The notes below the pieces were generated by a model, which worked only from the letters and a program-made list of their open reading frames with translations, searched no databases and had not been told where the DNA came from. This document shows positions 1-10,747 of a DNA stretch of 64,000 bases, in pieces. Source of the stretch: Synechococcus sp. (GTDB lineage Bacteria; Cyanobacteriota; Cyanobacteriia; Thermostichales; PCC-7336); the NCBI GenBank assembly GCA_051439605.1, contig JBFRWN010000047.1, positions 21,169-85,168 on the forward strand, written 5' to 3'. Each line of letters starts with the position of its first letter. Position 1 is the first letter of the stretch. Both the position numbers and the translations under genes were made by a program.

Positions 1-268
1 CCAACAAAACGCCACCACCATGCTGCCCTCTAATCCCCATCGGCAGGGCATTGATTTAGCCTTGTCAGAGCTGTAAGACATCTCTAATAAGACGTAGTTT
101 AATGCGTGTCGATTTTAGCTATAGCAACCGTAGTCGATCCTAAAGGAAGACATGTCCTGAAAACGTTGCCCCGCAACAGTCTTATCTTGTGCTTTTCTCT
201 GATATCAGGGTCGAACACCATAACACAACAGGCGAAATCTCGGGCATATCAACGGTTAGAACAATTTT

Positions 269-1162
269 TTAGCCCTCACCCTCCACAACAACCAAACGAG
301 CAGCCCGGTGCTTCCAGCGTTTTTTCCAAATTGAAGTAGCTTCTAGAGGGCTATCCCGCTGTTCTTTGTGTCGGCGATGCAGGATTTTAGCCATTGAATC
401 CGCCAGCGAGGGATCGCGAAACGGCACCGCAGCCCGGGTTTGGAGGTGTTCTAATTCTCGTGCAGTGAGTTTGGGTAAGTCTGACGGGCTGAGAGAGGCA
501 ACGGTACCGGGGCCGGGTCGCCCCACAGGCGGGGTCGATCCGATCTGCAACCCGGCCTCTAACATGCCTGCCCGCACCGCGACCGCACAGGAATAGGTGG
601 CCAGCCGTCCTTGGGGACGCATGCGCCCAGCCACCTGTCGAAACAAGTCAGTGGTCCACAGTTGCGGGCAGCTAGGAGGAGCAAAGGGGTCGAAAAACAC
701 CGCATCCGCCCAAGATTCCGGCACCTGCTGAATCGTGGTTCGGGCATCTCCCCAATGCAGACGGGCAGACAAGCGATCGCTCTCGACAATCCCCCGATCC
801 AACCACTGTCGCCACAGAGCCTCAAACTCCCAGTTCCCCCACAATCCCTGTTGGCAGGCTTGGCGGGGGACATCGGGCGATCGCTCTAGGGCATGCAAAA
901 CAACACGACAGTTGGGATTCAGTTGCCAGATGCGTTCTAGGGCAACGCCAGAGTTGTACCCCAAGCCAAAGCAGATATCTAGCAGGTGGAGTTCTTGCCG
1001 TTGCTGGGGCAGTGACAGCAAACAGGTGGGAATGACATATTTTTCAAGAGCCTCCTGACGGGCACCGCTGCAGTTATGAAAATACTGCTGAAATTCTTCG
1101 GAAAAGAACGTGACGGACCCGTCGCGGGTGGTGATGGATTCGAGGGGAGAAGACCTGCTCAT
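269..1162 (-). CDS. mnmD: MnmC/MnmD-type SAM-dependent methyltransferase (tRNA mnm5s2U34 methyltransferase-like)
   Basis: DGSxTFFSEEF, LDICFGLGYN (SAM motif I), GDAR, FFDPFAP..CPQLWT and LATYS match the MnmC N-terminal methyltransferase family. Confidence 0.8.
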   Translation of the reverse strand: MSRSSPLESITTRDGSVTFFSEEFQQYFHNCSGARQEALEKYVIPTCLLSLPQQRQELHLLDICFGLGYNSGVALERIWQLNPNCRVVLHALERSPDVPRQACQQGLWGNWEFEALWRQWLDRGIVESDRLSARLHWGDARTTIQQVPESWADAVFFDPFAPPSCPQLWTTDLFRQVAGRMRPQGRLATYSCAVAVRAGMLEAGLQIGSTPPVGRPGPGTVASLSPSDLPKLTARELEHLQTRAAVPFRDPSLADSMAKILHRRHKEQRDSPLEATSIWKKRWKHRAARLVVVEGEG

Positions 1163-1185
1163 GGAGTCAAAAAACCGGAAATCGA

Positions 1186-1653
1186 TTAAGCGTATCGGTC
1201 TTTGAGGGCGCGCTGGGTTTCCCGCTTAACCTGTTTAGCCTTTAACGATTCCCGCTTATCGTAAAGCTTCTTCCCTCGGGCGATCGCCACGTGAATCTTA
1301 ATCCAACCGTTGCTCAACACCAGCCGCAGCGGAATTAATGTCAACCCTTTTTGAGCCAACTCCCCCTCAATTTTGCGAATTTCCCGCTTGTGCAGCAGCA
1401 GCTTGCGGCGGCGAGTGGGATCGTGGTTGAAGGTTTTGCTGGCCGATTCGTGGGGGGCAACGTGCATATTCAGCAACCAAGCCTCCCCATCGCGCACCAT
1501 CGCAAAAGCATCCTGCAAATTCACCCGCCCCGCACGAATAGATTTCACTTCAGTCCCCACCAATTCCAACCCCGCCTCAAACTGGTCGAGCAGTTCGTAC
1601 TCGAAGCGAGAACGTCGGTTATCAACCAGGGTCTTGTAGTTTTTCAGGCTCAT
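1186..1653 (-). CDS. smpB: SsrA-binding protein SmpB
   Basis: NRRSRFEYELL..FEAGLELVGTEVKSIR, HDPTRRRKLLLHKREI, GKKLYDKRE. Start moved to the ATG at 1653 (MSLKNYK). Confidence 0.97.
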   Translation of the reverse strand: MSLKNYKTLVDNRRSRFEYELLDQFEAGLELVGTEVKSIRAGRVNLQDAFAMVRDGEAWLLNMHVAPHESASKTFNHDPTRRRKLLLHKREIRKIEGELAQKGLTLIPLRLVLSNGWIKIHVAIARGKKLYDKRESLKAKQVKRETQRALKDRYA

Positions 1654-1889
1654 TGAGGCAAAACACCATGTGGGCAATGTAAGGGCTATCGCGAACTCCA
1701 TTATTACTCAGGAGCCATCTATAGCTCTTAGCATCTCAGCTATCTAGAAGCACGACTAGGCAAAGGTCTGGTCGTCCTATCTGAACGGGCAAAAGCCATA
1801 ACTGTTTGCATCTAATCCCGCACAATGATTGACACCCATACCGAGAACTTGCTAGACGAAAGATCGCACAATCAAAACTTTGCTTAGCA

Positions 1890-3299
1890 ATGTCCTCTTT
1901 TAATACCGATGTTCTCGTCCTTGGTGCAGGTATCAGCGGTCTGTCTGCTGCTTTCCGCCTCCATCAACAGCAAGTGGATCTGCTGGTTGCCGATCGCGCC
2001 GAGCGAGTGGGGGGAGTGATTACTACCCGTGCACAGGAGGGATTTCGGTGGGAGGAAGGACCGAACAGCTTTACCCCCTCTCCAGCATTACTCAACTTGA
2101 TTGCGGATGCTGGTGTCGCCGATCGCCTGGTTTGGGCGGATGGCAAGCTGCCTCGCTTTGTCTACCTCAACGGCACCTTGACTCCAGTGCCCATGACCCC
2201 CCCCGATCTAATCAAGTCCAACCTGCTCAGTTTTGGTGCCAAGCTGCGGGCGTTATTTGGCGTGCTCGGGTTTGGCCCCAAAGCCCCCAAAGACAAAGAG
2301 GAAACCGTTGAAGAATTTTTTGCCCGCCAGTTGGGTCCGCAAGTGGTTGAGCGCCTCGTGGGTCCGTTCACCTCTGGAGTCTACGCAGGGAGCACCCAAC
2401 AGCTCAGCGCCTCTGCAGCCTTTCCTAAGGTTGCAGACCTCGAGCGGGATTACGGCAGCATCATTGCAGGGGTGATTCGATCGCCCAAAAAAGCCAAGCC
2501 CCCCATCTCCGACAAGATTGACCCCAAGCCCAAGCGGGGGCAGTTGGGAAATTTTGTGGAAGGGCTGCAGGAATTGCCCAACGCCATCGCCAATCAACTG
2601 GGGGATGCCATCAAGTTGCAGTGGGAAGCCACGCAGGTGGTAAAGGAGGGGGATCGCTACGTCACCACTTTCCAAACCCCAGAGGGTACTCAGACGGTAA
2701 CGTCTAAGGCAATTATCGTAACGGCCCCCGCCTATCGCGCTGCACCCCTACTCAAGTCTTTAGACGAGGCGCTGGCGGCCGAGCTCTCTGACATTCCTTA
2801 CCCCCACGTTGCCGCCGTCACGTTGGCTTATCCGGCCGAGGCGCTACCTCAGCCGTTTGCAGGATTTGGCCAACTGTTCCCTCGAGGTGAAGGCATCCGC
2901 ACCCTTGGCACTATTTGGACCTCCAGTCTGTTCCCCGGACGCGCCCCCGATGGCTATCAATGCACCCTGAGCTACATTGGTGGAGCCACAGACCCCGAAC
3001 TAGCCAACCTAACGAACGAAGAATTAGTCGAAGTCGTCCATGGGGATTTGAGCAAGACCCTGTTGGTCAAGGAGACCGAGCCTCGGGTGATGGGCATTCG
3101 CCGGTGGGAGCAGGCGATTCCGCAGTACACCTTGGGGCACCGTCAGCGAATCGCCCGCATGAACGATATTTTGGCGGACTATCCGGGGATTGTATTATGC
3201 AGCAACTACTTGGATGGTGTCTCGCTCGGAGATTGCGTACGTCGAGGAGAAGAGCGGGCGGCTGAACTTGTGGAGGTATTGCGTTCGGCGGCAGCCTAG
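1890..3299 (+). CDS. hemY: Protoporphyrinogen oxidase, HemY type (FAD-dependent)
   Basis: GAGISGL dinucleotide fold, WEEGPNSF, SGVYAG, IRTLGTIWTSSLFPGRAP, AIPQYTLGH, NYLDGVSLGDCV. Confidence 0.93.
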   Translation: MSSFNTDVLVLGAGISGLSAAFRLHQQQVDLLVADRAERVGGVITTRAQEGFRWEEGPNSFTPSPALLNLIADAGVADRLVWADGKLPRFVYLNGTLTPVPMTPPDLIKSNLLSFGAKLRALFGVLGFGPKAPKDKEETVEEFFARQLGPQVVERLVGPFTSGVYAGSTQQLSASAAFPKVADLERDYGSIIAGVIRSPKKAKPPISDKIDPKPKRGQLGNFVEGLQELPNAIANQLGDAIKLQWEATQVVKEGDRYVTTFQTPEGTQTVTSKAIIVTAPAYRAAPLLKSLDEALAAELSDIPYPHVAAVTLAYPAEALPQPFAGFGQLFPRGEGIRTLGTIWTSSLFPGRAPDGYQCTLSYIGGATDPELANLTNEELVEVVHGDLSKTLLVKETEPRVMGIRRWEQAIPQYTLGHRQRIARMNDILADYPGIVLCSNYLDGVSLGDCVRRGEERAAELVEVLRSAAA

Positions 3300-4157
3300 C
3301 TAGGGTACCGATCTCCCTGGAGCCGGAGGAAGCTCGGTCTCTAGCAGGATATCGAATCCCTGGGTCCCTCCCCCTCCGAGATTGAGGACCTGCGGGACAG
3401 GCGAGCCATTCTCCACCCAGCCCTTCACTGCCTCTTGCAGAACGACCGAATTACCAGCTTCCGCCAACGCTTCCGCCCGCAACCGAATCGCCTCTGCTTC
3501 CCCTCGCGCCCGGTTCACCGTCGCGTTAGCCTCTTGCTCCGCTTCTTGAGCCCGGAAAGCCGCTTCTTGGGCACGCTGTTGCGCCACTTGCTTGGCTTCG
3601 ATCGCCTTGTCGTACTCGTCAGAAAAATCAATATCGCTGAGGGTGAGGGTTTCTATCAGCACGCCATAAGTGCTGAGCTCGTCACTCAGTTCGGTCCGAA
3701 TGGTTTGCTCGATGTTGGCCCGCTGGCCCAACAGGCGATCGATGGGGAATTGGGCAGTCTGATTTTTAACAGCACTGAGCAGCTCTCGGCTAACGATAAC
3801 CGCTTCTAGATTGCTGCGGCTGCGTTGGGTGCGAATGATGACGGGAACGGCATTCGCATCCAGCTGATAGCCCAGGTTGACGCTCACGAGCACTGTCTGA
3901 GAATCGGAGGTGGCGGCACTTTGAGCGGATAAAGTGATGCCGGTCAGCTTGACGTTCTCGCATTCAAACCGCTCGATAAACGGGGTCCGCAGGTGCACCC
4001 CCCCAGTCATCACCTGTTCGCCAATTTTTCCCAGTCGACGCACCGCACAGGCTTCGCCATCCTGCACAATTTCAATCGGGTTAGCAACAACGGCGATCGC
4101 CGCAAGTAGGGCCGCGCCAACCCCCCATAGGTATAGGCGTCGATTATCAGCAGACAA
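3300..4157 (-). CDS. SPFH/Band 7 (prohibitin-like) membrane protein
   Basis: N-terminal TM, GVHLRTPFIE, IDFSDEYDKAIEAKQVAQQRAQEA..ARGEAEA coiled coil. Confidence 0.9.
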   Translation of the reverse strand: MSADNRRLYLWGVGAALLAAIAVVANPIEIVQDGEACAVRRLGKIGEQVMTGGVHLRTPFIERFECENVKLTGITLSAQSAATSDSQTVLVSVNLGYQLDANAVPVIIRTQRSRSNLEAVIVSRELLSAVKNQTAQFPIDRLLGQRANIEQTIRTELSDELSTYGVLIETLTLSDIDFSDEYDKAIEAKQVAQQRAQEAAFRAQEAEQEANATVNRARGEAEAIRLRAEALAEAGNSVVLQEAVKGWVENGSPVPQVLNLGGGGTQGFDILLETELPPAPGRSVP

Positions 4158-4268
4158 CGCACAGTTCCTCTAGAGCCACGTTCTCTGTATAGCAACAACT
4201 GCAGCTCACAACCATAGCTTGACATCTCAGTCAGGCCGCAAAAAACACTACTCCCTCTTAGACAACAG

Positions 4269-7241
4269 CTACTTGGCCTCCATCCAGTTCGCCCCAGCAT
4301 GAATTTCCACTTTTAAAGGGATATCCAACTTCACAACCGTTTCCATTTCGGTACGAATCACTCCTTCTAGCTCCTGCCATTCCTCTGGGGGCATTTCAAA
4401 CACGAGTTCGTCGTGCACCTGTAACAGCAGTCGAGCCTGGTAGTCCTGCAAGATCTGATGCAGCTTCACCATCGCTAATTTGATGATGTCCGCACTCGAC
4501 CCCTGAATCGGTGCGTTAGCTGCCGCCCGCAGGGTTCCAGCATCGTAACGGGTGAGCTTGAGTTGACTCAGGTCGATACTGTCGGGGTCTTTCCCCTTGA
4601 GTCGTTGCAAAGCATCTGAACCGAAGGAAAAGTGACGGCGACGGCCCAAGATGGTCTCAACGTAGCCGTAGGCGATCGCCTCTTTTTCCATCCGCCGGAG
4701 ATACTCAAATACGTTGGGATAGCGCTGGTTAAAGCGATCGATAAATCCCTTCGCTTCTCGGTTGGAAACCCCAGTTTCGCGGGCAAACCGTTGCGCCCCC
4801 ATGCCATATATCACCCCAAAGTTGATGATTTTTCCCAGGCGACGCTCCTCAGACGTAATGGTTTCTTTATCCAACAGCAGGCGGGCTGTCAAGCTGTGGA
4901 CATCGTCGTTATTGCGGTAGGCCTCCAGCAATACTGGCTCTTGGCTGAGATGGGTGAGGATGCGTAGCTCGATTTGAGAATAGTCTGCCGCAGCCAAAAT
5001 CCAACCCGGCTCCGGGATAAAAGCCTTGCGAATTTGGCGGCTAAAGGCAGTGCGGATAGGGATGTTTTGCAGGTTGGGGCTGGAGGACGACAGGCGACCG
5101 GTGGAGGTCACCACCTGGTTAAAGTCCGTGTGCACCCGTTGGGTGTCGGGCCGAACCAGAGCGGGTAATGCATCTACGTAGGTTGACTTCAGCTTGGCGA
5201 GGGTGCGGTACTCGACAATGTCATCAATAACGGGATGAGCCCCTTGCAGTTTGGTCAGTGTGGCGGCATCGGTAGAATATCCCAGCTTGGTTTTGCGGGA
5301 TTTCTTAGTGTCTAGACCCAGCTTGTCAAAGAGTAACTGGCTCAGTTGCTTGGGAGACCCCAGATTAAAGGTTTCCCCGGCATGCTCGTAGGCCCGTTCT
5401 ACAATGGCGTCAAGATCGGTAGCCAGTTGGGTGGAAAACTCTTTCAAATAGTCCACGTCAATCCGCACCCCGCAGCTCTCCATTGCCGCCAGCACCGGTT
5501 CCAGCGGTTGCTCGACGCGTTCGAGCAATTGCAACAGTTGACCATCCCCTGCCGCTAACATTTCCTTCAGCTTTGGCACCAGCAGGTAGGTAGTATAGAC
5601 GTCCATGCCACAATAGTTCGCCGCCACGGGGATCTCGATATCCGCAATGGTTTTCCCTTTGGGCACCAGGTCAGAATAATCCTGCGCCACCATGCCCAAA
5701 TAGCGCTGGGATAGCTCGCTCAACTTGTGGCTATCTTCAGGGTTGAGGACGTAGCTAGCCAGCATGGTGTCGAATTCGACTCCGCCTAGATGCACCCCCT
5801 GATTGAGAAAGATCAGGCGATCGTATTTGGCATTTTGCAATGATTTGGGATAGGTCTCGCTTTCTAAAATGGGGCGCAACTTCTCCAGCACCAAATCTTG
5901 ATCTAGGTTCTGACCGGCGGCATGCCCGACCGGAATATAAGCCATATCGCTGAGGCCGTTGCCCCAGCAGCAGCCAATTCCTACTAATTCAGCATCCCGA
6001 GGCTCTAGGGATGTGGTTTCGGTATCCCACGCCACAGGGACCGATGCATCCATATAGGTCTTGAGGAGTTCGCACAGATCTGCTAATTTTTCAAGGCTGT
6101 CGATTAACTGCGGCTGGATCGGATCCGGCTTGAGTGCCTCCTGCGCGGCAGTATCCTCAGCTGTAAAAAACCAAGTATCTCCGCCCTCCTCTGCCAATGC
6201 CTGAGAGGTCTCTCCCGCTATGTCTTGAGTGGGAGCCTGAGGACTGGGAGATGAGATCGCCTGCCCGCCTAACTTTTCCTGCACTCTGTTGAGTTGGCTG
6301 AGGAACGATTGAAACTCCAACTTCTCAAATATCGGAACAATCTCGTCCCCATCAACCCCCCTCAGGGATAGATCGGAGAATTGTACCCCCAGCGGTACGT
6401 CCACCTTGATGCGGGCCATGAATTTCGAGTGCTCGGCTGCCTCTTTCCCTTTTTCCAGTTTGGTTTTAACTGCCCCCTTCATCTCGTCTAGGGAGGCGTA
6501 CACCTTATCGAGGGTGTCGTAGGTGCTCAGCAATTTGACCGCCGTCTTGTCGCCAATCCCTCTGACTCCAGGGATGTTGTCAGAGCTATCTCCGCATAAT
6601 GCCTTGTAATCAACCACTTGGTCGGGGCGTACCCCTAGCTTTTCTATGACGGCAGCTTCGTCGATGTGATGAGTCCTACCACTGGAACGCTTAGCGTATG
6701 AGTTCCCCATATACATCACTTCCACGTCCCGCCGATCGTCAACCAACTGAAATAAATCGCGATCGCCGCTCAGAATCCTGACCGCCACACCACCCGGGGC
6801 CGTTGTGGCCAGCGTGCCAATGATGTCATCCGCCTCAAACCCCGGAGCTTTCAAGATCGGGATCTGCAGGACCTGCAGCAGTTCCTCAAGATTCTGCAAA
6901 TCGGTGAAGAATTCATCGGGGGTTTCCGCTCGCCCCGCCTTGTAGGTCTCGTCCACCTCGTGGCGAAAGGTGGGTTGAGGGGTATCGAAGGCGATCGCCA
7001 CGTGGGTTGGGGCTTCCTGAGCCAGGGTGTCCAACAGCGACTTGGTAAAACCGTAGGCCACGCTGGTAGGTATACCGGTGGAAGTGCGCAATCCCCCTTC
7101 TCGGCTGAGGGCAAAGGCATAGTAGGAGCGGTACGCCAGCGAATGACCGTCCACCAATAGAAGCTTGGTCTTGCGTCCGGATGAATTTGAGGCAAGCTCA
7201 GAGCTGGATGAGGCATTTTGACTGGATGTCAGGTCAGGCAT
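4269..7241 (-). CDS. polA: DNA polymerase I
   Basis: LLVDGHSLAYR 5'-3' exonuclease, DTETT 3'-5' exonuclease, TGRLSSSSPNLQNIP, DYSQIELR, INFGVIYGMG, LLQVHDELVFE. Confidence 0.99.
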   Translation of the reverse strand: MPDLTSSQNASSSSELASNSSGRKTKLLLVDGHSLAYRSYYAFALSREGGLRTSTGIPTSVAYGFTKSLLDTLAQEAPTHVAIAFDTPQPTFRHEVDETYKAGRAETPDEFFTDLQNLEELLQVLQIPILKAPGFEADDIIGTLATTAPGGVAVRILSGDRDLFQLVDDRRDVEVMYMGNSYAKRSSGRTHHIDEAAVIEKLGVRPDQVVDYKALCGDSSDNIPGVRGIGDKTAVKLLSTYDTLDKVYASLDEMKGAVKTKLEKGKEAAEHSKFMARIKVDVPLGVQFSDLSLRGVDGDEIVPIFEKLEFQSFLSQLNRVQEKLGGQAISSPSPQAPTQDIAGETSQALAEEGGDTWFFTAEDTAAQEALKPDPIQPQLIDSLEKLADLCELLKTYMDASVPVAWDTETTSLEPRDAELVGIGCCWGNGLSDMAYIPVGHAAGQNLDQDLVLEKLRPILESETYPKSLQNAKYDRLIFLNQGVHLGGVEFDTMLASYVLNPEDSHKLSELSQRYLGMVAQDYSDLVPKGKTIADIEIPVAANYCGMDVYTTYLLVPKLKEMLAAGDGQLLQLLERVEQPLEPVLAAMESCGVRIDVDYLKEFSTQLATDLDAIVERAYEHAGETFNLGSPKQLSQLLFDKLGLDTKKSRKTKLGYSTDAATLTKLQGAHPVIDDIVEYRTLAKLKSTYVDALPALVRPDTQRVHTDFNQVVTSTGRLSSSSPNLQNIPIRTAFSRQIRKAFIPEPGWILAAADYSQIELRILTHLSQEPVLLEAYRNNDDVHSLTARLLLDKETITSEERRLGKIINFGVIYGMGAQRFARETGVSNREAKGFIDRFNQRYPNVFEYLRRMEKEAIAYGYVETILGRRRHFSFGSDALQRLKGKDPDSIDLSQLKLTRYDAGTLRAAANAPIQGSSADIIKLAMVKLHQILQDYQARLLLQVHDELVFEMPPEEWQELEGVIRTEMETVVKLDIPLKVEIHAGANWMEAK

Positions 7242-7302
7242 GGCAATCGCTAAATGGGTACAGACAAAGAAAGACTAGATAGAAGATCGAGAGAAGTAGA
7301 TG

Positions 7303-7350
7303 CCTCAACTGGGGTACAGGATGGCAAACCGGTACCCCAGTTCCCTGAGG
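7303..7350. promoter_or_regulatory. Inverted repeat in the polA/dxs divergent intergenic region
   Basis: AACTGGGGTAC (7307-7317) and GTACCCCAGTT (7332-7342) form a perfect 11-bp stem, flanked by CCTCA/TGAGG. Confidence 0.45.
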
Positions 7351-7723
7351 AAACATGGATGATTTTAGCTTCGTACAATCGCGACTATGCGATCTCGCTC
7401 ATCTAGTACTCAATGGAGATTTGTGGGCACGAACAGTCTACGTTCAACGAGTGTCCAATATGGATCAATCACCCAGGAAACCCAATGGCTAAGCATGACA
7501 GAGCGATCGCAAATCCTTCTCCCTTAGAGTCAGAGAAAACTGATGTAACGCTTTGCCACCTTGTCATGAACAAAGAGTAAACTGTTTGCAACGTACAATT
7601 AGAAGTTGTTTTTGGACGTACCTTTAACCTTAATTCAGACCTATAAGTCTGAGTTGAGAGTCCGCATTTGCTGTTCCAAAACCAGCTTTATATTGAGAAC
7701 TATCCCTATCGGCCAGCCTCCCT

Positions 7724-9655
7724 ATGCATCTGAGCGATATCATCCATCCCAATCAACTCAACGATCTCAGCATTGATGAGTTGAAAGAGCTGGCGCGCCA
7801 AATGCGCGAGAAACACTTGCAAACAGTAGCAGCTACAGGTGGCCACCTGGGCCCCGGCTTAGGGGTGGTTGAGTTGACGCTAGGGTTATATAAAACCCTA
7901 GATTTCGACCACGATAAAGTGGTCTGGGACGTGGGCCACCAAGCTTACCCCCACAAAATGCTCACCGGTCGCTACAACAATTTTCACACCCTACGCCAAA
8001 AGGGTGGACTTGCCGGATACCTAAAGCTGACTGAAAACAGGTTCGATCACTTTGGGGCCGGACATGCATCCACTAGTATTTCTGCAGCCTTGGGCATGGC
8101 CATGGCGCGAGATGCGAAGGGTGATGATTACAACGTTGTTGCCATCATTGGCGATGGTGCTTTGACAGGAGGAATGGCCTACGAAGCGATCAACCACGCA
8201 GGCCACTTGCCAGATACCAATCTGATTGTGGTTCTGAACGACAACGGTATGTCCATTTCCCCCAACGTTGGGGCAATGACCCGTTACCTCAGTCAGTTGC
8301 GAATCAGCCCCCCTCTGCAATCGATTACCGACAGTTTAGAATCCCAGCTCAAGAACCTGCCTCTGGTGGGCTCCACTCTCTCTCCTGAAATCGATCGCAT
8401 GAAGGAGAACATGAAGCTGATGACCACCGTACGCAACAACAAGGTGGGCATTATCTTCGAAGAACTGGGCTTCACCTACGTTGGCCCCGTGGACGGCCAC
8501 AATCTACAGGAGCTGGTGGACATCTTCAAGCTGGTTCAGAATGTTGGCGGCCCAATTTTAGTGCACGTTGCCACCACCAAGGGCAAAGGGTACGCCTTGG
8601 CAGAGAAAGAACAGGTGGGCTACCACGCTCAATCCAGCTTTAACATCGCCACCGGCAAGCCCAAGCCCTCTAACAAGCCCAAGCCCCCCACCTACTCCAA
8701 AGTTTTTGCCAACACCCTGACCCGATTAGCTCAGGATGACTCCCGCATCGTGGCAATCACTGCGGCGATGGCCACCGGTACCGGCTTGGCCACCTTCCAA
8801 GAAAAGCTTCCTGACCAGTTCGTGGATGTCGGCATTGCCGAACAGCATGCGGTTACTTTAGCTGCAGGGATGGCTTATAACGGCATGCGTCCGGTAGCAA
8901 CTATCTACTCCACCTTCCTACAGCGGGCCTACGATCAAATCGTCCACGATGTCTGCATTCAAAAACTACCGGTCTTCTTTTGTATGGACAGAGCTGGAGT
9001 TGTGGGGGCAGATGGTCCAACCCACCAGGGACTGTACGACATCTCTTACTTGCGCAGCATCCCCAACATTGTGGTGATGGCCCCCAAAGATGAAGCCGAG
9101 CTACAGCGCATGTTGGTGACCGGCATTAACTACACCGATGGCCCCATCGCTGTGCGCTATCCTCGCGGCAGCGGTGTGGGCGTACCGCTGGCGGATGAAG
9201 GCTGGCAGCCTTTGGAAATTGGCAAGAGCGAACTCCTGCGTACCGGGGATGATGTGGTCATCGTCGCTTACGGTACGATGGTGAATACCTCCATGCACGC
9301 AGCAGAAATTCTCACCGAGCACGGTATTCAAGCCACGGTTGTCAACGCTCGATTCGTGAAACCCTTGGACACCGACACAATTTTGCCGCTGGCAGAACGG
9401 ATCGGTAAGGTCGTCACGGTTGAAGAAGGGTGCCTGATGGGAGGCTTTGGTTCAGCTGTGGCGGAAGCCATCCTGGATGCCGATATTTCCGCATCAGTGA
9501 CGCGTATCGGTGTGCCCGACAAGCTGGTGGATCACGCTAAAGCTGAAGAGTCTTTGGCCGATTTAGGCTTGACTAGCTCGGCAATCGCCGAACGTATCCG
9601 CACCAAACTACAGCCAGGTCCCCAACCAGCTCAACCCGCCGAGATCAAAGGCTAG
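7724..9655 (+). CDS. dxs: 1-deoxy-D-xylulose-5-phosphate synthase
   Basis: [39 protein letters not shown] (TPP motif), [21 protein letters not shown]. Confidence 0.99.
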   Translation: MHLSDIIHPNQLNDLSIDELKELARQMREKHLQTVAATGGHLGPGLGVVELTLGLYKTLDFDHDKVVWDVGHQAYPHKMLTGRYNNFHTLRQKGGLAGYLKLTENRFDHFGAGHASTSISAALGMAMARDAKGDDYNVVAIIGDGALTGGMAYEAINHAGHLPDTNLIVVLNDNGMSISPNVGAMTRYLSQLRISPPLQSITDSLESQLKNLPLVGSTLSPEIDRMKENMKLMTTVRNNKVGIIFEELGFTYVGPVDGHNLQELVDIFKLVQNVGGPILVHVATTKGKGYALAEKEQVGYHAQSSFNIATGKPKPSNKPKPPTYSKVFANTLTRLAQDDSRIVAITAAMATGTGLATFQEKLPDQFVDVGIAEQHAVTLAAGMAYNGMRPVATIYSTFLQRAYDQIVHDVCIQKLPVFFCMDRAGVVGADGPTHQGLYDISYLRSIPNIVVMAPKDEAELQRMLVTGINYTDGPIAVRYPRGSGVGVPLADEGWQPLEIGKSELLRTGDDVVIVAYGTMVNTSMHAAEILTEHGIQATVVNARFVKPLDTDTILPLAERIGKVVTVEEGCLMGGFGSAVAEAILDADISASVTRIGVPDKLVDHAKAEESLADLGLTSSAIAERIRTKLQPGPQPAQPAEIKG

Positions 9656-9681
9656 TTGTTAGGCCGTTCGCTCTATTGCTC

Positions 9682-10195
9682 AATGTCCAAATCGAAACAC
9701 TATCCGATCGGTAGTCACAGATCCGTTCGAGGCTGGAGAAGTTGTCTAGATTGCGCGGGATTGGTGCTGCTGGCCATCGCCAGTGGATGTGCCCTCAATT
9801 CCGCTAACGTTTCTACGAACATCGACGAGTCAGTAGCAGAAACAGAGACAGAAGATAGAGAGATGGCGGAACCCGAGACGGTGGAATTGCCAATTGAATC
9901 GATCCAGCTGAAGAGCGATCGTCTGTCCTTACAAGCGTCGCTGGAGGCAACGGCAGTGGTGGTGTTGCCGGATAGCTGCCATCAATTCGCTCGATTGGAG
10001 GGAACAGTTGATGCAAACAACCGCATCGTCAAGCTGATGGCGTTGGGTCGCCGTGAGGGGGATTTTTGCGCGCAGGTACTGGGGATGGAGGAAGCAATCC
10101 TACGGCTCGACCCATTGCCCAATTCAGGACTGTGGACGATTTCAGCCCCATATTATGGTGATACGATCGAAGTACAGTTCACCGTGACGGATTAG
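9682..10195 (+). CDS. Hypothetical lipoprotein
   Basis: Lipobox-like LAIASGC and a Cys pair (LPDSCH...FCAQ). Start uncertain (TTG 9656 or ATG 9682). Confidence 0.6.
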
Positions 10196-10322
10196 GTGCA
10201 CAAAACCAAAGGCTGGCAAAGAGGGGCGATCGCAGCTAAAGATTTAGGAACGTTCTAAAATTACGGACAATCCCCTAAAACTTCGATCAGAATGGGATTG
10301 GCGTTACTCAGAGTCGAGGACT

Positions 10323-10502
10323 ATGTTCCCGTTTTTTGCAATGTGCTGTGGTGAGAAAGTCGATCGTCGCAAGCACCAAGAGCACAAGCTAAAGTTTATG
10401 AAGTGGATGCGAGATGACATGGAAACCCGGCTAGCTGGCTTAAATTCAGCCATTGCTTCCATCGAAGCTCAGCTCGAACGCGATAGCAGCGATGCTGCCT
10501 AG
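10323..10502 (+). CDS. Small 59-aa protein not in the ORF track (MFPFFAMCCGEKVDRRKHQEHKLKFMKWMRDDMETRLAGLNSAIASIEAQLERDSSDAA)
   Basis: Translated by hand. GAGGA RBS ends 2 nt before the ATG. It fills an otherwise empty gap and has an amphipathic, coiled-coil-like C-terminal half. Confidence 0.7.
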   Translation: MFPFFAMCCGEKVDRRKHQEHKLKFMKWMRDDMETRLAGLNSAIASIEAQLERDSSDAA

Positions 10503-10747
10503 GATGAATTCTTCAAATGACTCTCAAATTCTTCTTGCCCCCGCCTTCTGGCGTCTTAGCTGGCACTGTGTCAGTTAGGACGGCTAGTTCGAGGATCGAT
10601 AAGAACTTTTGCTGAAGACAATCCTCAGCAACTGGACTGTCACTCTCTAATATTCTGGCTCCTTTCACGAGTCCCTCAGGGACGCACATGGGAGCCTTAA
10701 GACGTCTCGGAACGATCGACAGGATTTGTTCGTATAGGATGAACCCT

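Noticed and set aside
1..51. Possible start of a minus-strand CDS running off the window edge
   Set aside because: Only 17 codons are visible, which is not enough evidence
1186..1890. tmRNA (ssrA) or an integrated element next to smpB
   Set aside because: No tRNA-like ends, tag reading frame or integrase is visible
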